Shown: positions 45,211-58,000, numbered from the stretch's first letter. The stretch is DNA of 64,000 nt from Balanoglossus misakiensis (GCA_040954595.2 CM082584.2:7583919-7647918); one strand, 5' to 3'. The notes: a model not told the origin generated them from the letters alone. Program-made: numbers and translations.

Positions 45211-46195
45211 TTAGCGTTTGATGGCTTCATCGTAGGTTGGAAGATCCATATCCACAGTTGATGGTGGAGGGTTCTGAACAGCTCCACCGGTCGTTGCCAC
45301 GCCTTCATTATCGGTAACACCAAACCTAAAGAGCAAACAGCATGAAAAGATTATCAAAGGCAGTGTGTGTGCTCTCCATTCTCCGTACATAGATTGCAGT
45401 GCGTAGATAATTCTAACCTAGCTAGGGGGTCTGGTGCAGCCAGTCCCCTTAGCCTAGGTTAGCTACAATTGACTTTCAAAATTCTTACCCTGCCACCGGG
45501 GGCGCTGTTGGAGCTGTAAATGGCTGTGAAGACTGTTCAGCAGGGGTTGTATACTGCGAAGGAGGATATTGTCCTGGTTGCTGTGGATACGGCTGTGGTG
45601 GGTACTGCCCTGGTTGCTGTGGATACGGCTGTGGTGGGTACTGCCCTGGTTGCTGTGGATACGGCTGTGGAGGGTACTGCCCTGGTTGCTGTGGAAACGC
45701 CTGTGGAGGGTACTGCCCTGGTTGCTGTGGAAACGCCTGTGGAGGGTATGGAGCAACTCCTGGCTGACCGGGTGGTGGTGGTGGTACCGCGCCAACTCCG
45801 ATTGTGGTTGACACCGGTGCCGGATGGCCCCCCACGACGACAGCATTCCCTGCACTTTGCTGGCTGCGGCAACACATGACAATGCCGACAACGCACAAAA
45901 CCACGCCAATCATAAGGATCATCGGCCCGAGAGCGAGCATTGGCATTCCGATGCTAACACCACTGGCCGTAATGCCGATTCCTACGAAGATCAGAAAAAA
46001 TGCAAACATCAAGCTGAACATGGCGCATTTAGCTCTGTTCGCCACCACGATTCCTGACCCCGCGCCGACGCCCGCACCACGGCGTCCATGGTGACGGGCG
46101 CGATGATGGTGGCGTATCATGTGGTGGTGATGAGCTCGATGATGGTGTCCACGATGAGCGCGGTGACCATGACGTCCTCTTTCTCCCTGTCCCAT
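45211..46195 (-). CDS. Uncharacterised membrane protein (about 273 aa): His/Arg-rich N-terminus, two TM helices, Pro/Gln/Tyr tandem repeats, C-terminal LPxY motif
   Basis: Exons 46195-45489 and 45325-45211 (822 nt), ending ...DMDLPTYDEAIKR*. 5'UTR acceptor near 46222, upstream donors near 46867/46888, TATA-like TATATA near 46934-46939. Confidence 0.8.
45570..45750 (-). repeat. Coding 30-bp tandem repeat (YPPQxx-PQQPGQ, about 5-6 units)
   Basis: Repeated gggtactgccctggttgctgtggatacggctgtgg units on the + strand. Confidence 0.9.
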
Positions 46196-47780
46196 TTATG
46201 CTCTTGGCTATTCTTTGAAGTCTGAAAAATTGAAAGTACGACCATTCACAGATAAAACATAGCTGGAAAGATGTGGCAAATGTCACTGTAAACGTTGCTG
46301 AAATTGTCTACTGTGTTTCATTAATATTTTATTCAAACGTAACTACAGCCCAAATTAGATCCAGATTTTAAATAAAAATATAATTTAGCTTTATAAATTT
46401 CAGCTTGTAATAACTTTCCAGAAACATCCACACTGTAATTCGCTAATACCGCACCTTCGCGAACTGGAAAGTCCAGACTGTTCGGTACAGTCGTATGAGG
46501 GCGCTCCGTTCCTCCACCACGAACAGCCAGGGCGTTAACCTGCAGACAAATGGATACACGCTAAAGGCTTGTTTATACCCATTTACAAATGGCCGTCCAT
46601 TTTCATGTCGCTACTGCCACACGGCGTGGGCCTGTGGGCCCACGGCGCCTGCACAACCTGGTCCAAGTCCCGATCAGTTTGGCCCGTTGCTAACCCCCGT
46701 CCCGACCACAGGTCGGTGCGACCTGTGGTCCCGACCATACTGACGGGAGACCCATGTGTGTGTGTGTGTGTGTGGGGGGGGGGGGGTGATACTACCACCG
46801 AAATCACAAATGTTGTCTTCGAACTCGTTAAGCTTATAGTCTAGAATCTAGGCGTCGTGATACTTACAGATCTGGGTCTTGTTCTTACGTGAGTTCGTTA
46901 CCCGAAATTTCCCAGACGATAGCTTCTACACTGTATATAGGGGCCTATTCGAGGTCTAGCTTGTCGGCGTACTCATTGACAGTGGAACAGAATGACCTTC
47001 AGCTCATAGGCACGTCACGCCCCAGAGGCAGAAGGTCATGAAGGTCGCGGTCCCATACAGTGGTGCCCACTTCCGGGAAAGCTGCTTGGAATTTTAATTA
47101 TACGCTTTTAATGACGTCAAAATGACCAATAGGCGTCAGTTTGCAATTTCTATATAAAGTAAACCCAAATTTCGTAGCAGAATGTAATAATTTTGGGCTT
47201 ATTTCCATGTCCTTCAATTAATACTCTTATATTGAAAACAAAATCTCGGTTGCGCTGAAATTTGAAAATGCCCCCGACTAGTTCAATGCGAATTAACTGT
47301 GCAGCACAATGACGATTTGGTCCGTAGATCTTCCGAATATCGACTGGCCTCACAATAGTTATAATGTGCCCGATGTGGGACGAACTAAACCGTAACGTCA
47401 AATAAAAGTAGATGATGTATTACTCTTTGAAGTTTTCATGAAATATTTTAAAAGGTTGACAAGAAAATACAACAGGTTACAGAGATTACTTGTGGTAGAA
47501 AACGCCGTCAGTTCTATAATTTTATTCCGTCACATTTGAGCTTGACTGCGCAGGATATTCAGCTCCAAGACATTTTTTATTAAAATTATAGCACTTTTAT
47601 GAAAGTGAACTCGACTTTGGGGTGGGGCTCCATCATACGTCTGTACGAAACATGAAAAATAGCCAAAGATTTCAAACATACATTTGCATATCTCTTGCCG
47701 GTCATTCCCCCAGACATTGAACGCCAGGTGCATATACTATTATATGGTGAAAGGTCGTAGAGGTGACGTAGGTAGGGAAA

Positions 47781-50700
47781 ATGGCCAGGAAGGAACGTGA
47801 ACAACCCGACGCTATGCCAGCGTTAAATCTTCCCGAGAAGTTTATCGAAGACGGCGTGGTTTTCCCCGGTTACATCAGGAAAGACCTAAAAGAATCCATC
47901 GAAAAGTTTGAGTGTAGGGACGACGACGTGTACGTTGTGACCTATCCAAAATCAGGTGAGTTGTTTTTGGTAGCGCATGTCCAGAGTTGGACGGGCCGGA
48001 ATAGGTTGAACCCCGACCCCACGTTCTAAAGATTATGCTGGACGGCCACGGTGGTCGTAATTTTTTTGATGAACGTAGTCCACATTCTCGTGCAAAGGAT
48101 AAATAGGCCCAACCCGTTTGAGGAAAATCTTCAAGATTTCAGTGTAACCTTGTAGTGACATGAATAATAGTTTCTCAGTCGTCTATAAATGTAGGTCATT
48201 CATGAGTATGTATTGTCAAGGGATCAAGGGTAAAGGTTATATACTAGTATAGGGATAGAGATCTCGTGTCATAGTTATTATCTTATGGAATGGGATTTTT
48301 AAGCGTGAGCTGACAAGAAAATACAACAGGTTACAGAGATTACTTGTGGTAGAAAACGCCGCCAGTTCTATAATCTTATTCCGTCGCATTTGAGCTTGAC
48401 TGCGGCAGGATATTAAGCTCCAAGATTTAAAGATACCATTGATGTTAAAATTATAGTATTTTTTATGAAAATCACACTCGACTTTGGGGTGGGGTCCATC
48501 ATACGTCTGTACGATACATGTAAAATAGCCAAAGATTTCAAACGTACATTTGCATATATCTCGTTGCCGGTCATTCCCCCAGACATTGAACGCCAGGTGT
48601 ATATACTAGTACATGTATATGGTGAAAGGTCGCAGACGTGGCGTAGGTAGTTATCCAGTGACCTACATGGTATAGACCCTCACACCAGTGGTTATATAAG
48701 CAGCTCTTAGGGCTTTAATTGGCGGGTACGAAGGTCCAGAGACCTCAAGCCTACACTTTGAATGCATTGGAAAGAAACTGACGAATGGATAAGGTATTCA
48801 GCAAAACTTTCCAGAAGAACTGGGTGAATAATAAATATTTGGTGTATTTTATTTCAGGCACAACCTGGGCCATTGAGATGGTGTCGCTTGTTCTCAACAA
48901 TGCCAACACTGAATACAACTTGAGTTTGGACCAGATGGCCAGAGTACCTGTACTGGAATTGCGCGTGGGCTTCGTACAAAGGTATGCATGCGCAATTAAC
49001 CCCTTTGTTAACCCAAACAAACAAACAAGATTCTTTTTGCATAGAAAACAGACGCAAGATGTTGGCTGTACGTCTGCAGACGTGGGTTCAACACACACGT
49101 ACCATTGTATCCTGACAGGTTGAGGTCATTCGTCGTGTTTATTTATCCAATATTCATGATATTGTCACGGATTCTGCCGCAACGCGTACGGGAACGGATG
49201 TGGTTTTACGTTTCAAGTGTGCTGTCTTCGGACGGGATGGCATTCCTGAATTCGATTTCGTCACCTCGCGTCATTAAGTCTCATCTACCGCGCCAGTTTT
49301 TCCCGAAGAAAGCGCTGAAGAAAAAATGCAAGGTGAGAATCGCGCTTGTTCGACTGAGATGCAGTCGCATTTTATTTTATACACCCAAACTCTGCTGGAC
49401 AAAACCACGTCGGTTTAAAGTTTGACGACTTTTTTGCCGAGTCATTGAGAAATGCTTGGAAGAAAGTTGCAGTACAAAGGAAGAAATTTCCCTCGACGTT
49501 TGCAAGTGGGCTATAGCTGTAGACGAGCAAGATGAATTTTGCCGAGGGGAAGAGACCTAGTTATAGTTTGTCTACATTCGACTGCTGTACTAGTATAGCT
49601 ATAGGCAGCTTGTTGTATTAGAATTTAGGAATGTCGTCGATCGCGTAGCCGGCTATTCCCACTTTGGATGTTCTAATATTGGATTGTTCTCGTCTCACAG
49701 ATTGTCTACGTTATAAGGAATCCAAAGGATACAATCGTGTCTTACTACTACTTCCACAAAAACAATTATTATCATGGATACTTTGACGGCACTTGGTCCA
49801 CATTCTTCAAAGCCTACCTCGATAAACAAGGTAGGCCTGTATATGTATCTGTTCGACTGCGCCTAAAGATTTTTCGATGAATGAAACCATACTTTCAGTA
49901 CACCATAAGAAATACATATGAAATTATTGGCATCATCTACGCACGTAAGGAATTCCCATAAGGTTCGCATACGGGCGAGCGCTATTCTTTGTAAATATAT
50001 GTGTTCGTGTTTGTCTTTGACGCAGTTCCTTATGGAGATTGGTTCGACCATGTATTAGGATGGTGGGAACACAGCGCAGATGAAAATGCATGTTTCCTGA
50101 AGTACGAGGAAATGAAAAAGGTAGTGCAAAGGTCTCACTCTCTCATGGACTTATGGCCAATTAAAGGCATATGGTTACCTATGCAAATATAACCACTGTT
50201 ACCATTGAAAGTTCATACATATCCAATCAGAGATGGTCAGCGCGCCACCACACGGTCATTCGAACACTTGCATAAGCCCATGTGATCTTATGAAAGCATA
50301 TGAAATTTAGAGGTGCCTGTACCTTCCCTTGAAGAATACAACTAAGACGCCTGTATCCTTCCCCAGAATCCCAGAGATGCTGTAAAGAAGTTGTGTACAT
50401 TCTTTGAGAAGACCTTATCGGAAGAGGAGACCCAAAAGATTCTTGAACATTGCAGTTTCCAGAACATGAAGAAAAACCCAACGGTAAACATGGACACCCA
50501 CAGACTAATCTTTGATTTGAAGAAGGGCGCGTTTATAAGGAAAGGTAATGGCGTGAGCTGTCACTGTTTATGTTAGCATATTTTAACGATCAGATACTCG
50601 AATCTTCTTATAACTTTCATAGCCAACCGGTGACACAATTGACTAAATGTGCGCACACCACGATACTGGTGTGCACGTTCTCTGAACGGGAGGCTGTATA

Positions 50701-50899
50701 CACGGATGCGACACATGGTTATTACAGCCCGTTTGGTCGACCGAATACATGTTCTGAAGAATTACTTGAAAATGTATCTTCTTTTATTTTAGGCGTTGTT
50801 GGCGATTGGGAGAACCACTTCACAGTTGCTGAGAATGCGGCGTTCGAGGAATTGTATGCCAAGAAGATGAAGGGTTCGGGACTCGCTCTTGAATGGTGA
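47781..50899 (+). CDS. Cytosolic-type sulfotransferase (SULT family), about 340 aa, 7 exons
   Basis: Exons 47781-47955, 48858-48981, 49119-49332, 49701-49830, 50026-50120, 50367-50544, 50793-50899 (1023 nt). 5'-PSB motif TYPKSGTTW, catalytic KSHLP, 3'-PB motif RNPKDTIVSYY, YGDWFDHV, YEEMK, RKGVVGDWENHFTVAEN. Confidence 0.95.
48311..48650 (+). repeat. Direct-repeat copy of the SULT promoter/5'UTR (47457-47775) inside SULT intron 1
   Basis: Both copies begin tgacaagaaaatacaacaggttacagagattacttgtggtagaaaacgcc and end ...cgtaggtag. They align closely with small indels. Confidence 0.9.
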
Positions 50900-51945
50900 C
50901 GTCAATAGACGATTTTCCACCCACTGCGAGATCTCGCGAGACTTACCGTAGCAACGGGTTGTTCAGCCAAGTGGTGCAAATCATGTCCATAGGCCATGTG
51001 TTTGTCCTGCATCAGGATGTCCTCTTGATCTCATTTAGTCTGCCTACCCACGCGATATCTTGCAATTGAGTTCTGAAAATGGTCAATCCCCCCGTCAAAT
51101 CACTACAGGTAGGCCTACATGCATATGCATAAGAATATCAAATGAAGCCAAATGGAATATACTTAATTTAGCCTTACGTAATATTTGTTGATTAGTCAAA
51201 GATGCATATGCCAAGCATCAAATCAGTACCACACACGCCTTATTTAAGAACATGTACAGACACATAACTTAGGCCTAAAACGCAGCAAAGTGGTTTTATA
51301 AGCAAATTTTAATAGTAAATGTAATCGATAAGGACACTTTTAAGTAGAAGAGATTGCCAACTCTATTGAATCCACAAAAATATAGTTTCAAATTTGAAAA
51401 AATATACATGAAGCTTCTCTTGGTCCTTGAACTCGAGATGGCGGTCTAACAGTCAAGTTAAATTTACGTCGGACTCGTTACATTATTAATAACGATTAAT
51501 AAGATAAGGAATTAAGGCACCCTAACAAGAAAAATGAGTCCACAATAATGATCTATCTCGTCTGCGGCCTCTGGTGTCTTCCGCGGTTGCAGGTTGGTTT
51601 CATTCTGAAAATAAAATAAAAACTAAGGTTAGCTAAAAGAGACAATAATGGACCTGAGTTGAAATATGCGTGTCAAGTGAACGTTTGTTTTTCAAACTTT
51701 GATAAAGAGTTGTTTTGTTCGCGATATCCTTGTCATGTACGTTCAAAATTATGATTCAGAAGTAGTCGACCATTGAATTGAACATGTTTTGATTAGGCCC
51801 AGCTGATGTAGAAGGATAATTTAAGTAAAATCCAAAATGTATGGTTACAAAATGGTATTTGGATAGCGTCATCGTGTAGAAGAGGGAGGAAAGTTGAATA
51901 GTAGGCCAATGACAAGGGGAATGTACTCTGGACTGACTTAGGATC

Positions 51946-52041
51946 TTATCCTTTTCACCACTATAGTTCAGTCCAAATCCATTGTTTTCTATGGTATTGG
52001 TTGAACCTCTATATAGAGGTAACCGGGTTTGAAAGGGTTAA
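51946..52041. mobile_element. piggyBac-type MITE copy
   Basis: ccttttcaccactatagttcagtccaaatccattgtt ... tgaaagggTTAA. Confidence 0.7.
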
Positions 52042-52082
52042 GGATAATGTAGAAGACATCGTATGTCTTTTTATGTACATAC

Positions 52083-55000
52083 CTATGCATACTCGCATAC
52101 ATAGTTGATTTCCAAGTACTTTTGAACACCGGGGCAAGGGTCACCGAAGATGCCATTGGAAGCAGCAATGTCGCAGGTGTCTTCTTCATCACACACCAGA
52201 GATATGAACTCGAAGCTGTCGTCGGTTCCACAGTTGGTGACAGAGCTCCATCCGCACACGTCGGTTGCCGTTCGACCGTAGTTTGAGGAGACGGTTCTTA
52301 TTTTGCCACCGGGGCATGAGAGCGTGGCGGTCTGGCCTTCACACGCAACAACTTGGCCGCCTGAAAGTGAGACGGAACGGACGGTGTTAGGCACACAGTA
52401 AATTGGCCACGCGACCACTATAGTATAAAATAGTAGGTCAATGGTAGAACACGGAGATTTCATGGATCATTGTAATGACACAAATGTTCCCTTGCCACAG
52501 CGTCATTCATTAGCCTGGTTTATGTGCAACAGGCTTCCAGAATGCCTAGTAGAGCAAGCAGGGAGGGGAAAAAACGCGGTACGTTGATGAACCCTTGCTA
52601 GCTCAGTTACCTTAATCATGATGATCTATACTTACCGCTGCCACTGTCCGGCAACTTGTCAAGGCACCTGTAGTAGACATCCAAGTACTTCTGAGTTCCG
52701 GGGCAGGGATCGCCGAAGACGTTGTACGAAGAAGCGACGCTGCAGGTCTCCTTGTCCTTGCAGCGGCTGGACACGACGCCGAGACTGCTTTCTGCCCTGC
52801 AGTCGGTGACCGACCCTTGTCCGCAGACCTCCCTTTCCGTGCGTCCAAAGTTGGCAGACACGACTTTTATCCGGCCGTCGGGGCATGACAGCGTGGCCGT
52901 CTGGTGTTCGCATGCGCGAACGTGTTCACCTGAAATGAGATGGGTGGTACATTAGCAGCATTCTGACGTAATTGCAGCGTAGTGTGCGGCATTCAAGAAC
53001 AGGGTGACCGATACAAGCCATCAAACATATACCAACGTTATATTTAATGAATTAACTTCTGCGAACATGATTGTTGGGAATAACAGCCAAGTCATTTATA
53101 CTAGTGTCAATATAATTTATTCATGTTGCAAGCGCGGAAGATGAAGGCATATCTAGCCAAAAGTCATTTCCTTGAAAATAATAAGTACCTACCACACACA
53201 CTAACATCTTGAACCATTTCGGGTTTTACTGGAGTGATGTCATAACTCCATGAGACAATGTCTCCACGTGTTGAGCCAGTGCATTCCGTTGCTAGGACGC
53301 TGATTTCTTCTGGGGCGAGAACCCTGGCCCACATGTTCAGGAAGGCCAGAGATCCGGTCACGTACATCCACTTGTATTTCCCAATTTGGAATTTGCCGCC
53401 CGCGGGAAGCTGGTAGCCGTCTGCCAGGCCTGCCCCATCTCCTATCTCTTCGCCATCCACATAGACACGCCAAACGCCCCCACTCGACGCCCAGGAAACG
53501 CAGGTGTGGCGCCAAGTGTCGTCGTCGACCCGGCTCTCGAATCGCGACATTTGCCCGTTGACTTCCAGTTCGCAGTCTGTCGCAAAGGCAAGGCGATACG
53601 CCGACCCGTCACTGTAGGAGAACCACCCGCCTCCATTGTGCGTCGTCTTCGACCAGAAGCAAGCGGTCAAGGCAGACATGAGCGGCATTGCGTTCATAGT
53701 ATTCATTTCCGTCGAACCATCGAATGCAACTAACTTTCCTTCATATCCAGATGGCTGCTCACCTGCAAGACAGAAACAGAAAAAAACAGAGAGTGAGAGA
53801 GTAACTGAGTGAGTGAGTGAGTGGCTGGCAAAACGAGAGGCAAGACGTTTTTATAATATTTAGTTTTAAAAAAATCGATTAGCTGAGAAAATCATGTTTA
53901 TCAACATTTTATTAGCTAAATATATTGAAACGATCGGATTGGCTACTGCAATCACCACCACCGCCATCACCACCAATTAATAAGGCCAAGTAACTCACCA
54001 CAAACTTCCTTGTCAGTTAAAAACTCTTCAGCCAGTGGCACGAGGTCGGTGTCCCAGGCAACAAGAGGACTACTGCTAGCAATTTGACCCTCGCATTCGG
54101 TTGCAAGGAAAGCAACATCAGCGTCTGGAAGAACGTCACCCCAGAAGTTGAACATGGTTATCGACCCCGAAATCGCCCACCATTTCCCCTTCCCCACACT
54201 CAGTCGACCGCCCGCTGACAGCGTGTAGCCTGTACCCACGCCGAGGCCGTTGCCGACCCGGACGCCATCTTGGAAGGCCTGCCACTCGCCATTGGTCGAT
54301 GCCCAGGTGACGCATGCGTGGTGCCAGTAGTCGTTGAGTATCCAGGCGTTGAATCCTGAGCTGCCGCCGTCTATCTCCAGTCCGAGTTTCGGCCACACAG
54401 CCATGACGTAGGTGCCGCGCGAGTGATAGGTCAACCATCCACCCGAGTTGTGCGCCCCTTTCATCCAAAAGCATGCGCTGAATGCCGTCATGCTTGGCAT
54501 TATGGGAACGGCATCCATGACTTTGTTGTCACCGACATTGGCAACTTTTCCCGCCAGACTGGGAGCTCGTGGTTCTGAAAACAAAGAAAAGTAAATGATG
54601 ATGAACAAAATAGCGTTAAACCACCCACTCTGTATCTGTTACGAACTTTCACAGACGTAATTTACGACCCTCTCCCCATTTGCCCAGCCCGTCCCTTGAA
54701 TTACTGCCCCCAAATATGTTTGGTTTCCCAAGATGACAAGGACGCATAAATCGCGGTTAAACTTACCACACACATTAACGTCTTGAATCTTGTCGGAGCT
54801 TACTGATGTAATGTCAGAATTCCACGACACAAGGTTTCCAAGTGTAGACCCAACGCAGTCACTTCCAAAGTTGACCATTTCTTCTGAGGTGAGAACTCTG
54901 TCCCACATATTGAGAAATGCCAACGACCCGGTCGCATACCACCACTTGTTCTTTCCAATCTGGAACTTCCCGCCAGCGGGCAATTGGTAACCAGTCGCCA

Positions 55001-58000
55001 GGCCCGACCCTGCACCAATCATGACGTCGTCAACCGTCACCTGCCAAGCGCCCTCGCTCGACGACCACGAAACGCAGGAGTGGTGCCAAAAGCCAGTGTT
55101 GATGTCATTCTCAAAGCTCGACGTTTGGGCGTTGATTTCTAGTTCACAGTCTGTCGTATAGGCAAGGTGGTACGCCGCGCCGTCACTGTAGGAGAACCAC
55201 CCACCCGAGTTGTGCGTCGTCTTCGACCAGAAACAAGCCGTCATGGCAGAGATTGGTGGCATCGTATTCGTGGTAGACATTTCAGTGGAGCCGTCCAAGA
55301 GAACGGATTTGTCTGCAAACTCTGTCGGTCGTTCAGCTGTAAAGCAAAAAAAGAAGAATATTGTGCATCGTGAGTGCCAGTTTTATTTTGCCAGTACCAA
55401 TTATTTAGCCGGTAGAACACATGCGATAGTTCACGATATGCTTTATATCAGAGTCCATGAACAAGCATGCAAATGCAGACACTGGGTCAGTAATAGGCCT
55501 ACTAAGTGTGGTTATTCAACGCCAGAAGGTCCATAGCAATACATAACAATGAGCACCACTGTCAGGTATTTGGATATACACTGTAGATGGAGTTGACCCT
55601 GATTCTCAAACAACATCTGGTTTATAGGGTTTCAATTTTTTTATCATGCGTTACCGTTATTTCATCGGGACAAAAAAACTCACCACAGACATGGTCTTCG
55701 CTCAAAAACTCTGCGGCCAGCGGTACAAGGTCGGAGTCCCAAGATACCACATTCCCGGGGAAGTTTCCGTTACAGTCGGCCGTCAGCGCGGTGACCTCGT
55801 CGTTCGGCAGAACTCTGTCCCAGAAGTTGAACATGGTCAGCGACGCAGCAATGGCCCACTGCTTCCCCTTCCCGACGCTCAGCAGCCCGCCGGGTGGGAA
55901 CTCGTAGCCGGTGGCCAAGTCCAGACCGTTTCCGATTTTGACACCGTCCATGAACACCTGCCACTCTCCGCTGCTCGACTGCCACGTGATGCACACGTGA
56001 CGCCAGTAGCCGTCGAGAACCCAGGCGTCGAATCCCGAGCCTTTGCCGTCGATCTCCATCTCCAGTTTGGGCCACACCGCCATGACGTACGTCCCGCGCG
56101 AGGAGTACGTGAACCACCCGCCGGAGTTGTGCGTTCCTCTGGCCCAGAGGCAGCCGCTGAATTCAGTCAGTCTCGGTACCGTGGATACAGCGTCCAGGAT
56201 TTTGTTGTCGCCGACGTGGGCAATCCTCCCGCGAAGACCGGACTTTCGTGGCTCTGAAACCATTCAATAGAAACGAAATGTCAGATTGTGAACAGAGTAG
56301 ATTTACACTGAAACATCGCCCACGTTAAAGTAAAAGTCGACACGCCATTTAAACGGAACAATTTGGACATGTCACGATGATTATACACCAGCCAGATCAG
56401 GACATCACTTCTTGGTACATGTATATTGGAAATTTTGTTGCAAAGATCAGACGGGGGCATTCTGATGTCCCGTATAAACCTGCCGCATTGATTAACTACC
56501 ACAGAAATTTTTGCTTCTAAAGATTACAACTCACCACAGGTATCTGAAGGGAATACAGGATGATGGTTTGGTATCTGGCTCTGCACACTAAATTCTCTCA
56601 TGCTCCAAGAGACAACATCGCCCTCTGTCGATCCCGTGCAGTCGCTGGCCAGAGACAGCACCTCGCCGGCCGTCAGTACTCGACTCCAAATGTTGAAATT
56701 GGTGATGTCGGCTTCTATGCCGAGGCTCCACGGGTGCCCGGCGTTGTTCTGCCCGCGCCCCAGACTCAGCAGTCCGCTGCTCGGAATGACGTGACCTTTG
56801 GCCAGGCCGACCCCCGACGAAATGAGAACGCCGTCTCTGAAGAACTGCCAGGCGCCGTTGCCGCTGCTCCAGGTGACGGTGATCGAGTGCCAGGCGCCGT
56901 CGTTCATCGCGAAGACGCTCGACGCTGGTCCCGCAGTGCCGTGGACGTACAGCGCCATGTTGTTGAGGTTTCTGACGGCCAATTCGTCGCCTGTCGCATT
57001 CGTTGAGTAGGAAAATAGGGAATCTACGTGCCCCCCTGTTACACGAATCCATACGCTGACGGTCACGTCGGTCAATTGTACTTTTAAGGGTTCGATTAGT
57101 AAAACAGCAACAGATTTATTGGCGGCGACCATTTGACCGTTGAGGGTAGCTCTCTTTATTTCTGTAAAGCGATTAAAAAAACCAAATAATCAAATATTAG
57201 GAAAGTTACACGACTGATATGATTAATCTTTTTTCCCAGTTCTGTTAAATGTTGAAATGACACCACCGAAATTCGCCACGACGCTATCTGGCAAACAAAC
57301 TTAACGGTGCCGTTGAAGACAAGTTTGATTGAGTTCCATACAAGAAATGATATGAATATACGTCAATAGTCTCATCGACGATGAAAAACAAACAAACAAA
57401 CAATCAAACAAATGGACATTGCAGTTCTTACCGCGTTGGCAAATAAATCCGCGATGATTATCACAGCTGGCGTCATCAAACGTGAAATCTTTCGATCTGA
57501 AATGTGAAAAAAATTGGTATTACAACACCGATCATCGAGAACAACACGCCCGCCCGTTTGCCCTGCATGCTTGCATTTGTAGATCTGACATCGAGAAAGT
57601 TTCCCTATTCCCTATATACGACCCAATCGCTTCCCCCATCGTGTAAACGACCGTCTCTTCAACCATGTTAAAATAAGTTTCTTTATCAACTGATAACGAT
57701 TAAAATTTATACAATGGCCCTGTTTCCTATGAACTGGACTGATGGAAACAATCGATGGTCAGTACATTCCTTATGCACATCCCTAGACTAGCCCAGTAGT
57801 CGCTTGGGGAATTTTAAATCTCAATACTATTTGTGTTTTCGGTGTTTTTTTGTCTTAATAAATAATTGCAATACTTTTTGCGCGCATGCTTGCCTTAAGC
57901 GTGTTTTTGGTAGTGAGGCGAGTTTCGACTTTGGGACTGAGCTTGTGGTTTCGGGTATAGCGTCGACCAAGCTATGGGCCTACGCGTTCCCTACACATAA

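Noticed and set aside
45570-45750. Regular repeats resembling a CRISPR array
   Set aside because: Head-to-tail coding repeats without unique spacers, in a eukaryotic exon, with no cas genes.
55646-57052. ORFs antisense to or out of frame with the pentraxin exons (203, 148 and 154 aa)
   Set aside because: Shadows of GC-rich coding exons; no independent splice or start signals.
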